Assembly (NCBI GenBank): GCA_026023565.1
Contig: JAPETS010000013.1
Coordinates: 248,001 to 312,000, forward strand
Length of the DNA stretch: 64,000 bases
Direction of reading: 5' to 3'
DNA from: Cirrosporium novae-zelandiae
Lineage: Eukaryota
How positions within the stretch are numbered: the stretch's first letter is position 1; every line of letters begins with the position of its first letter. Below are positions 61,893 to 64,000 of this stretch, in pieces. Below the pieces are notes generated by a model that saw nothing but the letters and a program-made list of their open reading frames with translations, searched no databases and was not told the DNA's origin. The translations under genes were made by a program, and so were the position numbers.

Positions 61893-62732
61893 GAGTAGAG
61901 GAGATGGCAATATAATGTATAGTACAAACTAATGAACGGTCAGGGTTATTTTATAACAATTAATAATGATTGAGCCACAGTGGCTGATCAAGGGATTTAC
62001 TAATTACGACGTTATTTTGTACCAGAGGATTTTGATTTAATCAGGGATTTTATTTTCTTCTGCTGCTCAAAGCGACAGACAAGATAAGAATAATCATAAT
62101 AAATGGCAGGGGTTTTGGATCATTGGTAATTGTTAATAAGACAATAATTGTCTCTGATGAAACAAACAGATGGTAAAAAAAAAGGAGCCAGGAGGACTGA
62201 CTGAAGAAGCTTCCTCCTCCTAAAAGAACAAACCTCAAAGCTAACAACCAGCAACAAGTAGCTACTGTTCAGTACAATAACATAGCGGCCAAAAAAAACC
62301 CTTTCTCTCTCCTTGTTTTCTACCAAAAAAAATAGATTCCCTCCGACACAGTATAAATCAAGTTTAAATGGAGGCTGGTATGCTGTGATAAGTTCACAGA
62401 TTCTAACTACTTCCAGTTCATGTTGATTTGCACCAGACCAGTTCTCGCTTGAATGTCTTTTAGATGTTCTCGGTGATATTCTTCTTCCGCGCTCCTACCC
62501 AGTACTCACCCGACCTTATTTGGACATCGTATCTACGTTGCTAGAAGAGAATAATCGGCTTCATCAAAACCACAGCTCGAACCAACTCATTCCATCAATT
62601 TTTCACGAGACCTTGGCGCGCGATGCTACCATAATTACCTAAGACGAGTTTTGTGGAAAAATCAGAGCCGAAAACACGTCGAGGCTGGTCACCCTAACCC
62701 CGTCCTTCCTGGCGGGGGGCCGCCATCATATC

Positions 62733-64000
62733 ATGAGCCTTGGGCATCAGGCTCACCTAGCAACACCCCCAGACAAACCCATTGATGCTCGTTTAACCAA
62801 TGGGAATATCAAGAAACGTCCTCGCTCGAGAACGCCGAACGCGATGGCCGACTCGGGAAATGCGACGAGTTTACTCAATCCCGGCGGGGACGGAGGAGAC
62901 GGCGGGTCAGAAGAAGACACCAGAGCTGCCTTGTTCAATAAACTCTTTGCGCAAAGCGAAGGAAAGATTGGCGCATTATTTGGAGGTCTGATGGATGATA
63001 CAACTGGATCGGAGATAGGCAACAATACTCCACCCATTGACCAAATTGTCACAGCACCCGCTGATGATGATGCTCCCCGACCATCCAAGAGACGGAAGAT
63101 TGACGAAGACGACTATGACGACTTTGATGATGATGACGAGGATGCTTCCCCTGCAAATGCTTCTCCACCCAAAACAAAAAGTACAGGTCTTCCTATCATC
63201 AGAACTTCCTCCTCACCCACGAAACAACCTCCGGTCATATCCCGATCTCCTTCCAGCGGAAGAACTCCTTCACAGCAACCACCGGGCAAGAGCCTGGAGG
63301 ATGTCCGCAAGAAGCTGGAGCAAGATAAGAAAGCCACCGAAGAAGCAGCAAGGCGCATGTACAACACAATGTTCTCGACCCTCGAGCATGACTCAGATGC
63401 CATGCTTGAGCAGCGGAAGCTAGACGAATCAGAACGTCAAGTCGAAGCTGAGATGTCTGGTAGCAGTGGAGGTCAAGCAGGCAATGCGCCGGGAAATACT
63501 CAACATGGGACGCTCAGTACCGCAAACCTGGGAGCATCAAGCTTGACCTTGAAACACTTGCTAGCGCGAATAGACGCGAAGAGGGACCAAGTCCATGCAT
63601 CTGATACCGAACTGAGGAACTTGATCAGTGAAGTTCGGAAAAATCGTAGTAAGTGGGCCAACGAAGATAAAATTGGCCAGGAAGAGTTATACGAGGCTGC
63701 GGAAAAGGTGTTGAGCGAACTGAAAGCTATGACGGAACATTCTAGCGCCTTTCTCACAAGGGTGAACAAACGCGAAGCTCCCGATTACTATAATATCATC
63801 AAACAACCCATGGATCTTGGGTCGATGACCAAAAAACTCAAAGCCATCCAATACAAATCCAAGCAAGAATTTGTCAATGATTTAAACTTGATTTGGGACA
63901 ACTGCTTGAAATACAACGCCAACCCGGAACATTTCCTACGCAAACATGCTAGATATATGCAAAAAGAGACTGACAAGCTCATACCACTGATCCCCGACAT
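62733..64000 (+). CDS. SPT7: SAGA complex bromodomain subunit Spt7 (partial, runs off the window)
   Basis: Open frame from ATG 62733 (missing from the ORF track because it has no stop): [32 protein letters not shown], bromodomain [24 protein letters not shown]...IWDNCLKYN. Confidence 0.93.
   Translation, partial: MSLGHQAHLATPPDKPIDARLTNGNIKKRPRSRTPNAMADSGNATSLLNPGGDGGDGGSEEDTRAALFNKLFAQSEGKIGALFGGLMDDTTGSEIGNNTPPIDQIVTAPADDDAPRPSKRRKIDEDDYDDFDDDDEDASPANASPPKTKSTGLPIIRTSSSPTKQPPVISRSPSSGRTPSQQPPGKSLEDVRKKLEQDKKATEEAARRMYNTMFSTLEHDSDAMLEQRKLDESERQVEAEMSGSSGGQAGNAPGNTQHGTLSTANLGASSLTLKHLLARIDAKRDQVHASDTELRNLISEVRKNRSKWANEDKIGQEELYEAAEKVLSELKAMTEHSSAFLTRVNKREAPDYYNIIKQPMDLGSMTKKLKAIQYKSKQEFVNDLNLIWDNCLKYNANPEHFLRKHARYMQKETDKLIPLIPD

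Overview
Gene-dense region of an intron-rich filamentous ascomycete genome (Pezizomycotina, probably Eurotiomycetes-like, judging from wetA and a class III chitin synthase). The conserved genes, in order, are VID27 (partial), a Lee1/Scp3-like CCCH protein, a cytosolic-type AspRS, HOP2, a Chs4/Skt5-like chitin synthase activator, CHL1, OPY2, class III chitin synthase, GUF1, MAD2, a PMU1-like phosphatase, TPS1, HEM4, a Fus3/Kss1-type MAPK, tRNA-Ile(UAU), SEC24, a membrane protein, a Zn2Cys6 transcription factor, a small membrane protein, wetA, an NDUFAF2/NDUFA12-like gene and SPT7 (partial). Two accessory stretches stand out. The first is a decayed SNF2-helicase pseudogene at about 21.8-22.5 kb that the ORF track barely shows. 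The second is an island at about 32.5-38.3 kb. It holds a head-to-head pair (a small membrane-anchored 'GDGGYINW' protein and a HeLo-like/ankyrin/transmembrane protein with no NOD domain), a diverged tandem duplication carrying two inverted copies of an 87-bp TG...CA element with 10-bp terminal inverted repeats, and a highly divergent spliced histone H3 variant. Gene spans include introns; exon boundaries were worked out by eye and no database searches were run.
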